Origin: Rhodosorus marinus CCMP1338
Taxonomy: Eukaryota > Plantae > Rhodophyta
Length of the DNA stretch: 64,000 nt
Reading direction: 5' to 3'
Assembly (NCBI GenBank): GCA_029953675.1
Contig: JAMWBK010000004.1
Coordinates: 930,001 to 994,000 of the forward strand
Shown here piece by piece: positions 11,459-23,215 of this stretch. Numbering within the stretch: position 1 is the first letter of the stretch; every line of letters begins with the position of its first letter. Under the pieces are notes generated by a model. The model saw only the letters and a list, made by a program, of their open reading frames with translations, did no database searches and had not been told where the DNA came from. A program made the position numbers and the translations under genes.

Positions 11459-13677
11459 AGTTGAGGACAACTGCTCATAGAACTAACGAGGAGTTTACCG
11501 CCGACAGTGGGCAGCCGAGTAGTGACTGCGGTCGATTGTAAATGGAAGCTGTGAATGACAGACAAGAGGTCATAGGTGTACTTTGTAGAGGTTATAGGGC
11601 CAGTTTTCATTTTTGTATGGTCTTGCACCTGAGACGAATCGGTATGTGAATAAAAATAATAGAGAAAACTTTTGACATCAATGGCACGGTCGCCAGAGCC
11701 TGGAATCATCTCGCTGCGCAATTTCATTGATCTAGAGCAGGAAAACTCTGCCAACGATGTCGAACCGAATCAGCATGTGAGGAAAATATTTCAGATGAGT
11801 TTGGACATCAATGATACCGTCGCTGTTTTGTTTTATATGAATCCGTTCAGAACCGTCACTCAGATCCTTCGAGTGCTCGCCAGAACCTGGAATCTTCTCG
11901 CTCAACACTTTCAATGAACTACCGAAGGACAGCTCTGCTACGGTGTGGCGATCCTAGTACCTGGGCCTCTCATGGTGGTGGTTTACCCAGTTGGGAGTCG
12001 TCACGACCTAAATAGTCAGCCACGCAGCGAAATGAGAGATGAAGATGTCACCTCACGTATCAAAAAAACCCAAGGAAAAGCTGACATATCTCTGCCCCAC
12101 TCCTTAGAGGATGCTGTGGCGCTACACACTTTAGCCACGCAGCCTTGGAGAGGAAGATATAACCTCACATTATCAACAATGCCAACGAAGAACTGACATA
12201 TCTGTACCCCATTCCCTAACGGATGCCGTGACGTTACATACTTTAGCCACGCAGCGCAATGAGAGATGAAGATATCACCTCACGTATCAACAACGAAAAC
12301 GAAGAGCTGAAATGTCTGTGCCCAATTCCCTAGAGGGTACTGCGACGCAACATGCTCTAAATAGCTACTGTAGAAAGGTCAATTTCCGCGCACATCTGGC
12401 CGATCCCGATCGGCGCTAAGATTCGACCAATTTATTTAAGATATAAACATGACAACTAAGCACGTCAGACAATCCGATACATTACCTCCAGAGCATCGAC
12501 TTTCACCACGCGTAGGGCAATGTTGGTAACATGAAGACCACCAGCACGATGATTTCGTTCTCTCGCGCTGTTGGGCAACTCTTAGGTTGCCCCTAATAGC
12601 TATGACGGTGCTAATAGGTATTGGCTACCATCGTGTGCTCAGAAAGCAGGAGGTCGTCAGTGATCAAGTACAAACACAAAACTCAATTACGGACAATCTG
12701 TCCTCTACAATGGATTGAAGATTGACTCAAAGAGATTGATATATATGAGTACAAAATAGAAATATTTAAAGTTTCTCGACGACAAACGGCAAACGGTGTT
12801 TCTAAAAATAGACTTCACCAGTTCTAGTCACCAAGTTTCTTCTTATATTCAATCGGATATTCTCAAAATTGACCAACCAGTGCGACAGTCGCGTTCTCGG
12901 CGGAAGCCGGAAGCTGATAGTAGCGGAGCGGGAGAGAGAGAGTGTGTGGGCACTCGACAAAAATTTGGTTAATCGGGATAGCAACAGAGCGGTGGAGAGT
13001 GTGTGAACGCTTGGCAAAACTATTGGGTACTCGGGCGGGATAGGCAACAGAATCTTGTTTGGACGTCCTATTTTTCGGGCTTTTCACTGCTGACTTCTAG
13101 ATCGAGTTCGAAGCCCGGAGTGCTTTTTTTTTCTTTTGAGCGGTTCGAGGAAAAGGGGGAAAAACGGGCGCGAAAGCGCTCCATCGCTAGACTGAGACAG
13201 TTCTTACCGATACCACGCTATTGGCCTGGACTGCCTGGCTTTCAATCTTGCGTGACAAGATGAAGGCCGCGCGGGCATGGTTCCATATTGTAAAAAAAAG
13301 GAACCACCAGAGAGAGAGGGTACGGAACAGTTACATGCATGCAGTTCACATTTTACGCCGAAAAGGGTGCTGAATTCCCCGAATTCAAGTCAGGCTCCGG
13401 GCTTTCGAGGTTTCCACATGAATCTCTCACATTTCTAGACCGGTAGGACTCCGCGGACTTGCTTACATACTCTAGACATCTTGTGCAACATCAGTGTTTA
13501 AGTGCATTGGAGTTTTGCCATATCCGACGATTGTATTTTCCCCGCGAAGCTTATAAAAGGCCTCCGAGCATGAGCTTGGGGTTGAAGGTGGTGTGGGAAA
13601 CCATACGCAACGAACAAGACGGAGAAAGAGAGACAAGCAAAGTTACAGAGTGATAAATAACGAATAATACACCAACA

Positions 13678-13881
13678 ATGGTACACTTCAGGAAAGACTC
13701 TCACCAAAGGCTCGACGAGGACTACATGCATGACAACGAGCAGCACCGGTTCCATGGAATGCAGCAACTGAGCGGTGTCTTCCACAGATCTCACGACGAA
13801 GAGCACGAGGAGGTGAAGGGCATGAAAACGATGTTCAGTTGGCTCTGGGTGGAGCACAACCCCTACAAGGGATCTTTCTAA
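13678..13881 (+). CDS. His/acid-rich microprotein, copy 4 (67 aa)
   Basis: MVHFRKDSHQRLDED...FSWLWVEHNPYKGSF; TATAAAAG at 13552. Confidence 0.8.
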   Translation: MVHFRKDSHQRLDEDYMHDNEQHRFHGMQQLSGVFHRSHDEEHEEVKGMKTMFSWLWVEHNPYKGSF

Positions 13882-15690
13882 ATCTGAGGACAGCTACTGA
13901 TAAAACTAACTAGGTGTTTAGCACCGACAGTGCGGCCGCTTGGTGACTGCAGTTGTGAAAGAAAATGATTGAGATTAGAATATAAATGTAACAGCTGTGA
14001 ATAACGGACAAGAGTTCATAGATGCAAAAAGCAGAGATCTAGAAAGGCCACTTTTCCGTATGGTCCCTTGGCCACAGAACTGAATCAGCATATGAATAAA
14101 AGTACTAGAAAAATTTTGACATCAATGGAACGGTCCCCCGCCAAAAAGAAAGAGGGACCCCTCTTTCTTTTTGGTGAGAACCCGTCGAGAACCGTCACTC
14201 AGATCCCTCGGGTGGTCGCCAGATCCTAGCACCGTTCGGCAGTTTCATTGCTTTAGAGCAGGACACCTCTGCTATCGATGTGGCGATCCTGGTACCAGTG
14301 CGCATCATCGGAGAGCGAGTGTGCGGACTCATCTCCAAATCAACCCGATTCATAGAGCAAGGGTTAGAGATGTCGATCAAACTCGACCGAAAAGCAGTCG
14401 TCACGATTTAAAAAGTCAGCCACGCAGCGTAGTGAGAGATGTAGACATCATCTAACGTATCCACAATGCCGATGAAGAGCTGAAATATCCGTGCACAATG
14501 ATCTAGATGACGCTGTGACGTGAAATAATTTGAACCATTTGTCATGGAAAGGTCAACTTCCCGATAGAATTGTTCGATCCGGATCAACACAAAGTTACAA
14601 ATTGGTCAACTAAGCGCGTCACACAATCTAATGCATCGCGCCGAGAGCATCGATTACTTTTTGTAAGGCAGTGCTCGTAACGCGACGCTAGCATCTTGGT
14701 TGCGAAGTCAACACCTCCGGTGATTTCATTCTCTCGCGCCATTGGGCAACTGTTGGGTTGCACCTGGTAGCTATGATTGTGCCAACCGCTATAGGCTGCT
14801 ATCATATCCTCAAAAGCGGACAGATGTCAGCGCTCGAGAAAAAAACATAGAAAGCTCACTATCAGGACAGTTTGTCTTATAAAATGGATTGAAGATTGAA
14901 CCAAAGAGATTGATTATATATCGAGGACAAAACAAAAATCTTTAAAGCTCTTCAAGAACAAAACATTCTTTCTTAAATGGGATTTTCCCTCGTTCCGGCT
15001 ACTACGGTCCTCCTATTATTCAATGAGATACTCCAACGAAACCGTAGGACAGCTCGCTTTGTACGTGAAGAGAGGTAGCGCTGAAGAGGGGTAGCGGATA
15101 ACAACAGTGGCAGAGAGTGTGCGGGCGTTTCACAGAAATATCGAGTCATAGGGCGAGATAAGTTCGAAGCTCGGCCCGTTGGGACTAAAGCAGGATTGTC
15201 GCCCTCGTTGCTAACGGGCAAAGTCAGTCTCATGTGCAATAAATCCTGTTTGGGCGTCCTGTTTTCGACCGGGTTCTAGGTCGAGCTCGAAGCGCGGATG
15301 GATTTTACAGTTGAAATCCCTAGTAGTCAAAGATGGGGAAGAGGAAGAGAGTGGTCTGGGAGGGCTTCAGGGATTTCCTAGATGAGAGCGTGGCGACAAA
15401 ATGCCAATGTCTGCGATGCGGGCAGAACTCATGTTCACCAAACTACTGAAGCTACTGGTCTTGTGACTCGAAGAACCAGTCCAGACGGCTTGCTCCGAGA
15501 GTAAGTCCCCTAGGGGCTAAGGAATACGAACGGCACAAAGAACTCGCCTCGAGAACAAGGGCGGTTGAACTCCGCCACTGGGTTAACTTAAAAAGACACT
15601 AAAACGCGACCAACCATATGGTCGACCCCCAAGTACTCACGCTACCAGAGGACACGAGAAAACTCCCTTAGAAATGCGCTTGTTCTACTC

Positions 15691-16580
15691 TATCCTTTCT
15701 TGGGACTTGCACCGTGCTGCATATGGCCGACTCCTCGCGCAGATGGTCTCATCTTCTCGCGCTCGCGCCCGCCTACGTAGTCTTGGAGGGGTTATTAGCT
15801 CTCAGTGGCTCATGACCGTACCAGCCTTTCCGCCACTCACACTGTCGGATTTCGAAGTGCGTACTTCACTGCGCTTATACCTCGGCTTACATCAGCCCCC
15901 TTGGCCGTACGAGATGGGTTCGTCGTGCCCTCTCTGCTCTCAGACTGAAGACAACGCAGATTTTGGCGCCCACCTGCTCGCTAGTTGCCCGGCGGTGAAA
16001 GGTGCTCGAACCCGCCGCCACACACGGATCTTGAACCTTTTATACCGGGAACTTCGGCCTATAGTCCGGCAAGCCGGTCTGGAAATCGAACGTGAGAAAC
16101 CTTTACCCGTCGCGGACTTTCAAAATGATGAACGCCGTGTAGCCGACCTGGTGATCACCTGTGACGACAGCCGCCGTACCACATACGTTGATCTTGCTGT
16201 TCCTAACCCTCAAGCTAGTCGTTATCTCCCGGCTGCGGGGGAGCGCCGTGGATCTGCCGCCGCCAGCATGAGACGCCGCAAAGAGATCAAATACGCGGGG
16301 GCTTTGTCTTCCCCTGGTGTTCGTGCTTCGGCACTAGCACATCGCTTGGTACCCCTGATCATTGAGTGCTTTGGGTTCATGGACTCTGTTGGTTCTCGCT
16401 GGCTTCGAGAGTTGTTCCACGAACGCCCTGACCGTCTTCAATCGTTGTTTACCCGCTTAAGTTTCCTGCTGTGGCGCATGAATGCCGCTTTGATGTTGGA
16501 GGCGCGAGTACTTCGCCGCGCTTAGTCTTTTTTTCCCCTCGGGGTTTTTTTTTTCAGCCTCCGATTAAACCATTCGTTCG
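15691..16580 (+). mobile_element. CRE-like family B, 5'-truncated, open RLE ORF, 10-bp TSD
   Basis: ORF 15674..16525 almost identical to 658..1476; TSD tgttctactc at 15681-15690 and 16581-16590. Confidence 0.92.
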
Positions 16581-16975
16581 TGTTCTACTCCAAGACCTTG
16601 ACACCTTAACCGCAATCTTCAACCAATGGTTGCCAGCCTGTCGAGTCCAGAAGTAATCATGCTTCATTACATGATAGTAGCAGCTAGTCAGACGGAGAAG
16701 TAATGATGATTCATGATATACGAGCCACGTCAAGAAGTAATCATGATTCAATACATGGAATAAAGATGATTGATTATTAGACTAACAATGATTGAATATC
16801 GGACGTTTTATATCGGCGTTTATCGGACGGGCAACCGGACATGTGTTTTTGAATAATTTCTATCAGAACCCCCTCTTTAATACTGTTTTTCAATAGTCTA
16901 TCCACTTCAGAAACTATCAGTACCGTCCGGTAAACGCTATCGGACGGCACATGACCACACTATTCGAAAAATGCC

Positions 16976-17261
16976 GAAGGTGTCTTCCCGAGGCATTCGT
17001 GCTCCGGCTCCAGCTCATCGCCTGGTACCTCTGGTCATTGAGTGCTTTGGGTTTATGGGTTCCGTTGGTCTCGTTGACCGCGGGAATTGTTCCGCGAACG
17101 CCCTGACCGTCTGTCCTCGTTGTTTACCAGTTCAAGTTTCTTGCTGTGGCGTATGAATGCAGCTTTGATGTCAGAGGCGCACGATCTTCGCCGAACTTAG
17201 TCTGCTTTTTCCTCTTCGGGTTTTCTTTCCCAAGCATCCGATGAAACCGATTCATTCGTTC
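16976..17261 (+). mobile_element. CRE-like family B 3' fragment (older, diverged)
   Basis: AHRLVPLVIECFGFM...; tail ccgatgaaaccgattcattcgttc; possible TSD aatgcc (16970/17262). Confidence 0.8.
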
Positions 17262-17450
17262 AATGCCTGGACCGGTGATGATTGATTATTAGACTAAGAT
17301 TGATTGAATATCGAATGATGTATCGGACCCACCTATCTGACGGGCAATCGGGCCTGTTTTTGAAGGAATTTCAATCAGATACCCGATATTTGTATACTGA
17401 TTTTCAATAGTCTATCCACTTCGAAAGTTTATCGGACGCCCCATGACAGC

Positions 17451-17659
17451 TTTGGGTTCATGGACTCTGTTGGTTCTCGCTGGCTTCGGGAGTTGTTCCG
17501 CGAAGGCCCTGACCGTCTTCAATCGTTGTTTACCCGCTTAAGTTTCCTGCTGTGGCGCATGAATGCCGCTTTGATGTTGGAGGCGCGAGTTCTTCGCCGC
17601 ACTTAGTCTTTTTTTCCCCTCGGGGTTTTTTCTTTCAGCCTCCGATTAAACCATTCGTT
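17451..17659 (+). mobile_element. CRE-like family B 209-bp 3' fragment with 8-bp TSD
   Basis: Reads identical to 1321-1528; TSD atgacagc at 17443-17450 and 17660-17667. Confidence 0.92.
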
Positions 17660-18639
17660 ATGACAGCACTAAGCGCAAGCTCTTAAAGTTTTTGGAAAAC
17701 AATACTGTATTTCTAAAAATGGACTTCAAAAGGCCAAGTCATCAAGTTTATTCTAATATTCAATGCTATACAGTCAAAACGGTCCGATGGGACAAGGCGT
17801 TTTGTCTCAGGAGGAAGGAAGCCGACGAGGACACGCGGTGGTGAAGAGGGTGGTTGGGCGCTCGACAAAAGTATCAGCAAATTCGGGCGAGGTATGTTCA
17901 AAGTTCGGTCTGTTGGGACTTAAAAAGCATTGTCGCCCTCAGTTCTGAACCACGTGGTCGGTGTCATGCGCAATAAATTCTGTTTGGGTGTCTTCTTTTT
18001 CGGCTGGGCTTCTAGATCGAACTCGAAGGTGGTTTTTCTCTTGAGGGCTTTGAGGACAAAAAGAAACGGCAGACGGAGAAAGCGCACCCTCGGTATACTG
18101 TGTCGGTTTACCTATGCCCCACTATTGGTCTGGACTGTCTGGTTTTCAAGGTCGCAAAAAAAAGTGAAGGCCTCTACGGTTGTGGCTCCGTATTGTATGA
18201 AAAAAAAGCATCAGATACTATCCTTAGCAAGGAATTCAGAGCCTCTAGATTCCCTTAAAAAGAGTATTGAACAGCTACCTGGCATGACAATTGATGTTTT
18301 CCTTAGAGCAGCTATGATACTAAACCACCGTACACTGAATTCCTCGAATTGAACGGGATCTAAGACCCTTCTATGCTCCCATGTCGAGCTTTATTACCTC
18401 TAGACAGAATAAGATACCGTAGTCGGTTTGCTTACAAGTTGTCGGCATCTTGTTCGACATGTCGGAGGGGTCCATTGGAGTTTTTTGTCATGCTTTCCCT
18501 CCGAAGACTATAAAAGCTCTTAAAGCACGAGCTCGAGGTTGGAGGAAGTGGTGTAGTAAACCATACACAACGAACAAGAAGCAGATAAAGAGACAAGCAA
18601 GTTATATAGAGAGATAACCAACAACATATTACGGGAACA

Positions 18640-18843
18640 ATGGTACACTTCAGGAAATATTCTGAGCACATTATCGACGAGGAGAACTTGCATGACCACG
18701 AGCACCACCGTTTCTACGGGCTACAGCGGCTTAGCGGTATGTTCCACAGATCTCACAACGACAACGAAGAGCACGAGGAACGAATAGATAAGGTGTTCAG
18801 CTGGCTCTGGATCGAACACAACCCCTATAAGGGACTCCTATGA
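18640..18843 (+). CDS. His/acid-rich microprotein, copy 5 (67 aa)
   Basis: MVHFRKYSEH...FSWLWIEHNPYKGLL; TATAAAAG at 18509. Confidence 0.78.
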   Translation: MVHFRKYSEHIIDEENLHDHEHHRFYGLQRLSGMFHRSHNDNEEHEERIDKVFSWLWIEHNPYKGLL

Positions 18844-19573
18844 GCAAGTGAGGACAGCTTGCATATAGAATTAAATAAGCGCTTACCAGCGGCAATGTGC
18901 GGTCGTGCGGTGACTCCAGTCGTGTAAAACGGTCATGGAGGTACAGATTGAGAAAAAAAAATTAGGAGCTCTGATTGACATAAAGAGTTCGTACGTCATT
19001 CAGTAGAAGTTTTGAAGGGCCTCTGTTTTCGTATGGTCTTCCACCTGAGTCGAATGAGCATTTGAATAAAAATTATTACGGGAGAGTCTTTACAGCAACA
19101 TGCGGTCGTCGGTTTCCTCTTAATTAGAATCCGCTCCGAAATGCCGGTCACACCCATTGGGTGGTCACCAGAGCCTAGAGTCCCGTCACTCACCATCCAT
19201 ATTGAAATAGGGTAGGGTACGTCTCTGCAGTTGCCCGCAAAGCCATTCCATTGCTAGCTCGATGCGCCGTGACGAGGTTTCACTCGGGGTTGATCTCTCA
19301 TAAACACAAATCGCCAAGCATCCTCAAGTAACGTTGTCGAGCAAGCTTGGCCTAAAGCACTTACTATTTTCTCTAGTAGGCAGCTCGCAACAATGTGAAA
19401 GCTGAATATCAGAGATATCACCTCACGTATCAGCAAGGCGAAAGTGGGGTTGTCGATCTACGCTGGATCCCCAACAACGGAATTGAGGTACGTAATGCTT
19501 CAAACCCTAGCCTTGAAGCTTGAATTTCCACACTTGTCCACTTGACGGTGTTCCATGCCTTTAAGAATAGTGT

Positions 19574-19860
19574 TGAATGAATATTTTTAATCGGATCCAG
19601 GTAAAAACCTCCCGAGGGGGGAAAGAGAATACTCCTGAAGTCAACGAGAACCAAAGAAATCCATTAACCCAAAACACTCAATGATCAGAGGTACCACGCG
19701 CTGAGCATTAAAGGCGATGCCCGAATGCCTGGATAAGACGAAGCCCCGCATCTTTCGTTTTTTTGGGGACGTACGTCTCATACTGGCAACGGCAAATCCA
19801 AGGCTGAAAGGAGAAGTACAGATGCCGAGGAGGGCAGTGGGATTGGGCACCATGGGAGGT
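19574..19860 (-). mobile_element. CRE-like family B 3' fragment, degenerate
   Basis: ORF 19641..19901: MVPNP...VVPLIIECFGLMD; minus-strand tail ccgattaaaaatattcattca. Confidence 0.75.
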
Positions 19861-20267
19861 TTTACGCTAACCAGCCGGAGACTGGTACCGAGCAGTTGCA
19901 AGGCATGAAACTGTCATTTTCCATTGAGCAAATAGTGAATTACTCAACTTCAACTCGTATTGAGCTATTCATTTCCTCCTATGATTCTGGGTTTTATCTA
20001 TTCCATCCAACGCTGGATCCGGCTGACTCATTTGCAACTTGTCCACATACTGTCGACTTAGTCCGGAGTCATTCTGTCATGTTCGATAGAACGTTGCTCC
20101 TTCTGATGGCTCTAAAGTCATCATCACTCCAAAGGGATATAGTCATTGGGAAGTCGGTGTGGAGGTGATGTCGGCATTCGTATGCAGCAAGCAAGAGACA
20201 GGGAAAGTGAGAGAGCCCAAGAGACAAACGAGATACAACAGAAAAAAAGAGGATTACTACAGCTCCA

Positions 20268-20461
20268 CTGGCACACTCTACGAAAGTTCTGCGCACAAGC
20301 TCGACGGGGACTGCACAAATTACAACAATCAGTGAGGATTTTACCGAGTGAGCGATGTCTTCCGCCGATTCCCCAAAGAGCTCGAGAAGGTGACCGACAA
20401 GATGGCGAGGCTCAGCTGACTATCGCCCGAACACAACCCCTATATGGGACTTGTGCAATAA
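20268..20461 (+). pseudogene. Microprotein copy 6 (highly decayed pseudogene)
   Basis: No ATG, internal TGA codons, but gcacaagctcgac...gatgtcttccgc...gaacacaacccctatatgggactt (EHNPYMGL) retained; no intact TATAAAAG. Confidence 0.7.
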
Positions 20462-20477
20462 GCCCGAAGAATGCTAT

Positions 20478-21560
20478 GTTCATCCAAGAGCGTTCCCCGT
20501 GCTTCAGCATCGCCTCGTCCGCCTTGGCTGCAATCCATGAGCCCCAAAGTGGTGGAAGGCTTCGCAGCCAGTAATTCAGCCGGCGCCGGGAAAGCAGGCT
20601 TTCAGATTGTAGCATACTGTCCGCGCTCAATGGCGTCAGTGAGCTGCTTATGGCGTGCTAAAAAAAACTCGTTCGCAGGAGTCTTGCACGAAGTTGTCAC
20701 TCCCCAAAGCGATGCCATGGTGCTTGAGCCCCTCACGTTCACCAAAGACTCGGAGACTAGATGGCAGGGAGCCCTTCGAAACTTCACGCGGGGCTAGAAA
20801 ACGGCATTTTTCGGGTTCCACGGTCAGGCCTACTCCCCGTGCTCCTGCTTCGATCTGGGTCAATCCCCGAGCCAAGGTCTCAGGGGTGTCCAGCAACGTC
20901 ACGTCGTCGTGGTAGGTACAGATTCGAAGATCCGGCACCTCAGCCGTCAGTCGCAGGAGCACGAGCTGCAAGGCACAGGCGTGAAGTACAGGCCCAGAAG
21001 GATCACTCTGTTGAACGCCAGTACGTGCTGGAAAAACAGAGCTCTGCGTTGTCAAGTAAGGGAGGCTCCCCCCTCCTTAAATACCGGATAGGAACGGCCA
21101 CGCCTCCGGGAATACCCTTTGAATCACCTCCAAAGCATGCGTCCGCGAGACGCTGTTGAACGCGTTACGGAAGTCAACCACCAAAACGCTCCAATCCGGC
21201 CTACTGGCTCGCTCGAGCTCGATCGCATGCGTGATCAGTTCGCAACCCCCGGAAAATCCTACCCCTACCTGCCAAGGCACATAAAAGCTGTGACTCACTG
21301 GCGTAGGCGCTGGGGTTACCCTTCCGCGGTGCCGCAAATGTACGATGACCCCGCGTTGGGGCGATCACGCATTCCTGCCTGGGCCGGACGCTGTTGACCC
21401 ACGGAGGGCCTACCCAGGACGGGAAAGTCCGCTCCGGCTGAGGGAACATTCGAAGGATGAGGCAGCTCCGCACACCTCTCCGAAGAGGCGCCAGCCGCGG
21501 AACCATATTTGTCACCTCCGGATCCTGGAGCCGCCATCGGCTGTCCTGGGACAGGTTGTT
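20478..21560 (-). mobile_element. CRE-like family A reverse transcriptase fragment (frameshifted, internally deleted; may extend to ~22150)
   Basis: QVGVGFSGGCELITHAIE...VVDFRNAFNSVSR (21077..21337); GVQQSDPSGPVLHACAL...TYHDDVTLL (20648..21055); NYWLRSLP (20412..20630). Confidence 0.88.
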
Positions 21561-22149
21561 GATTGACCTGGTGAAGTTGACTGTCTTCTGCCAAATTGGC
21601 CACTCGGCTGGAATTCAAATTCTCACCCGAATTTGAATTTTCCCTCGCCAGGAGACCCTATTCTAGCCCCCCTAGCTTCTGGGTGAGCTGAGGAATGACA
21701 CCACGATCGCCCGCGGCCGTAATCAGGCTTGTTACAGCAGATAGCAGGGCACGCAGTTGCGTACCGGAGGCGCCCTGTAACTCCACCTGCGTGGACGGCC
21801 CGCGTTAAGAGGCACTGTGTGTCTACCCCCAGTAAACACCTCTGCCCGCGGGGTCTCCGGACCCTCAGGAGTGGAGCGCGGAGGGACCCTGGTCATCACG
21901 GAAAAAATGTGATGAACAGGAGTTTCACGAAGGAACCCGACAAAAAAACCCTCACAAACCAGCGCTCAGACCGAAAACTCTGGATTGAACAAACCCAAAG
22001 GGGAAGAATCCCCGACAACCAACAATAGAACCCGAAAGAGCGAAGAAAAAGTCAGAGAGGATGCGCCTGCAGCGAGGAACACTCTCGGACCCGAACACGA
22101 CTCCAATCGCAACCGAAAACCAACTCAAACCCCCCAAAAAACCCCGGTT

Positions 22150-22290
22150 TTTTTTTTACGGTACACTTGGTCACTCTATCGCGCTATTCTGGCACCGTGC
22201 ATGCTGGCCAAGGCGGCGGTGGCGAGCTTGCATGTTTTGGCTGCTAGTACCTAGTTCGCATTACGCCCTATGTAATGCTTGAGACTATGT
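22150..22290 (+). mobile_element. Old family A 3' end remnant
   Basis: cgctattctggcaccgtgcatgctggccaaggcg...tacctagttcgcattacgccctatgtaatgcttgagactatg aligns to the family A ORF end/3' UTR. Confidence 0.6.
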
Positions 22291-22320
22291 CTTTCAGTCT
22301 CCGGTTAAACCAATTCGTTC
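22291..22320 (+). mobile_element. 30-nt family B tail-only insertion with 9-bp TSD
   Basis: ctttcagtctccggttaaaccaattcgttc flanked by agactatgt (22282-22290, 22321-22329). Confidence 0.8.
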
Positions 22321-22337
22321 AGACTATGTAAGTCAAA

Positions 22338-23215
22338 CCAGACGCTCAGCATATGTTGACCTCGCGATTACATGCCTTGTGGCAAGCGCCCATCTCACGG
22401 CTGCCGCCCACCACCGGGGAGCAGCCGCTTCGGCCCTTCGACGAGTGAAGGAACGACGGTATGCTGAGAGCATGGCCAGTCTGCCTCGCGGTGCGAGGGT
22501 CGCTCCCACCGGTTCCAGCCTTTCATTGTGGAAAGCTTTGGTCACGTGGAGAAGGCGGGTTTGGAGTGGTTGCGGAGATGTGCACTGAGCATCCTGTTGA
22601 ATACTTAGAACTTTTGCGGCGTTTAAGTGTCTCTCTGTGGCGATATTCGAGCAGCATGCTTGCCGAGGCGCGCCATCGGCGCCTGGGTTTGCACGCTTCC
22701 TTCCCTAGTTCTTAGTTCCTTTTCATGCCTTGCGTAGCGCTTTAGGCTATGCTAATAAAGTCCAGTCCAATAAAGCCAGTAAAACATATGCCTGCCCTGT
22801 GGCGAGCGCCCACCTCACGGCTGCCGCCCGCCGCCGAGGGGTAGCCGCTTCGGATGTTCGACGAGTGAAGGAACGACGGTATGCTGAGAGCATGGCCAGT
22901 CTGCCCTACGCCACTCCCACCAGTTCCAGCCTTTCATTGTGGAAGTTTTGGTCATGTGGAAAGGTCGGGTTTAGAGTGGTTGCGGAAATGTTTCGCTCAG
23001 CATCCTACTGGGTACTTAGCGCTTTTACGGCGTTTGAGTGCCGCCCTGTGGCGATATTCTAGGAGCATGCTTACCGAGGCACGCCATCGGCGCCTGGGTT
23101 TGCACGCTTCCCTCACTAGTTCCTAGTTCCTTTTCCCGCCTTGCGTAGCGTTTCAGGCTATGCTAATAAAGTCCAGTCCAATAAAGCCAGCCAGTAAAGC
23201 CCAGTAAGACCCATC
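22338..23215 (+). mobile_element. Two head-to-tail family A 3' fragments (~22338-22785, ~22786-23215)
   Basis: Each has ...VKERRYAESMASLP...RRLGLHAS* and tail gctatgctaataaagtccagtccaataaagccag. Confidence 0.88.

Noticed and set aside
15310-15680. CQCLRCGQ resembling a zinc knuckle
   Set aside because: Lacks the His/Cys completion, and the frame is short and interrupted.
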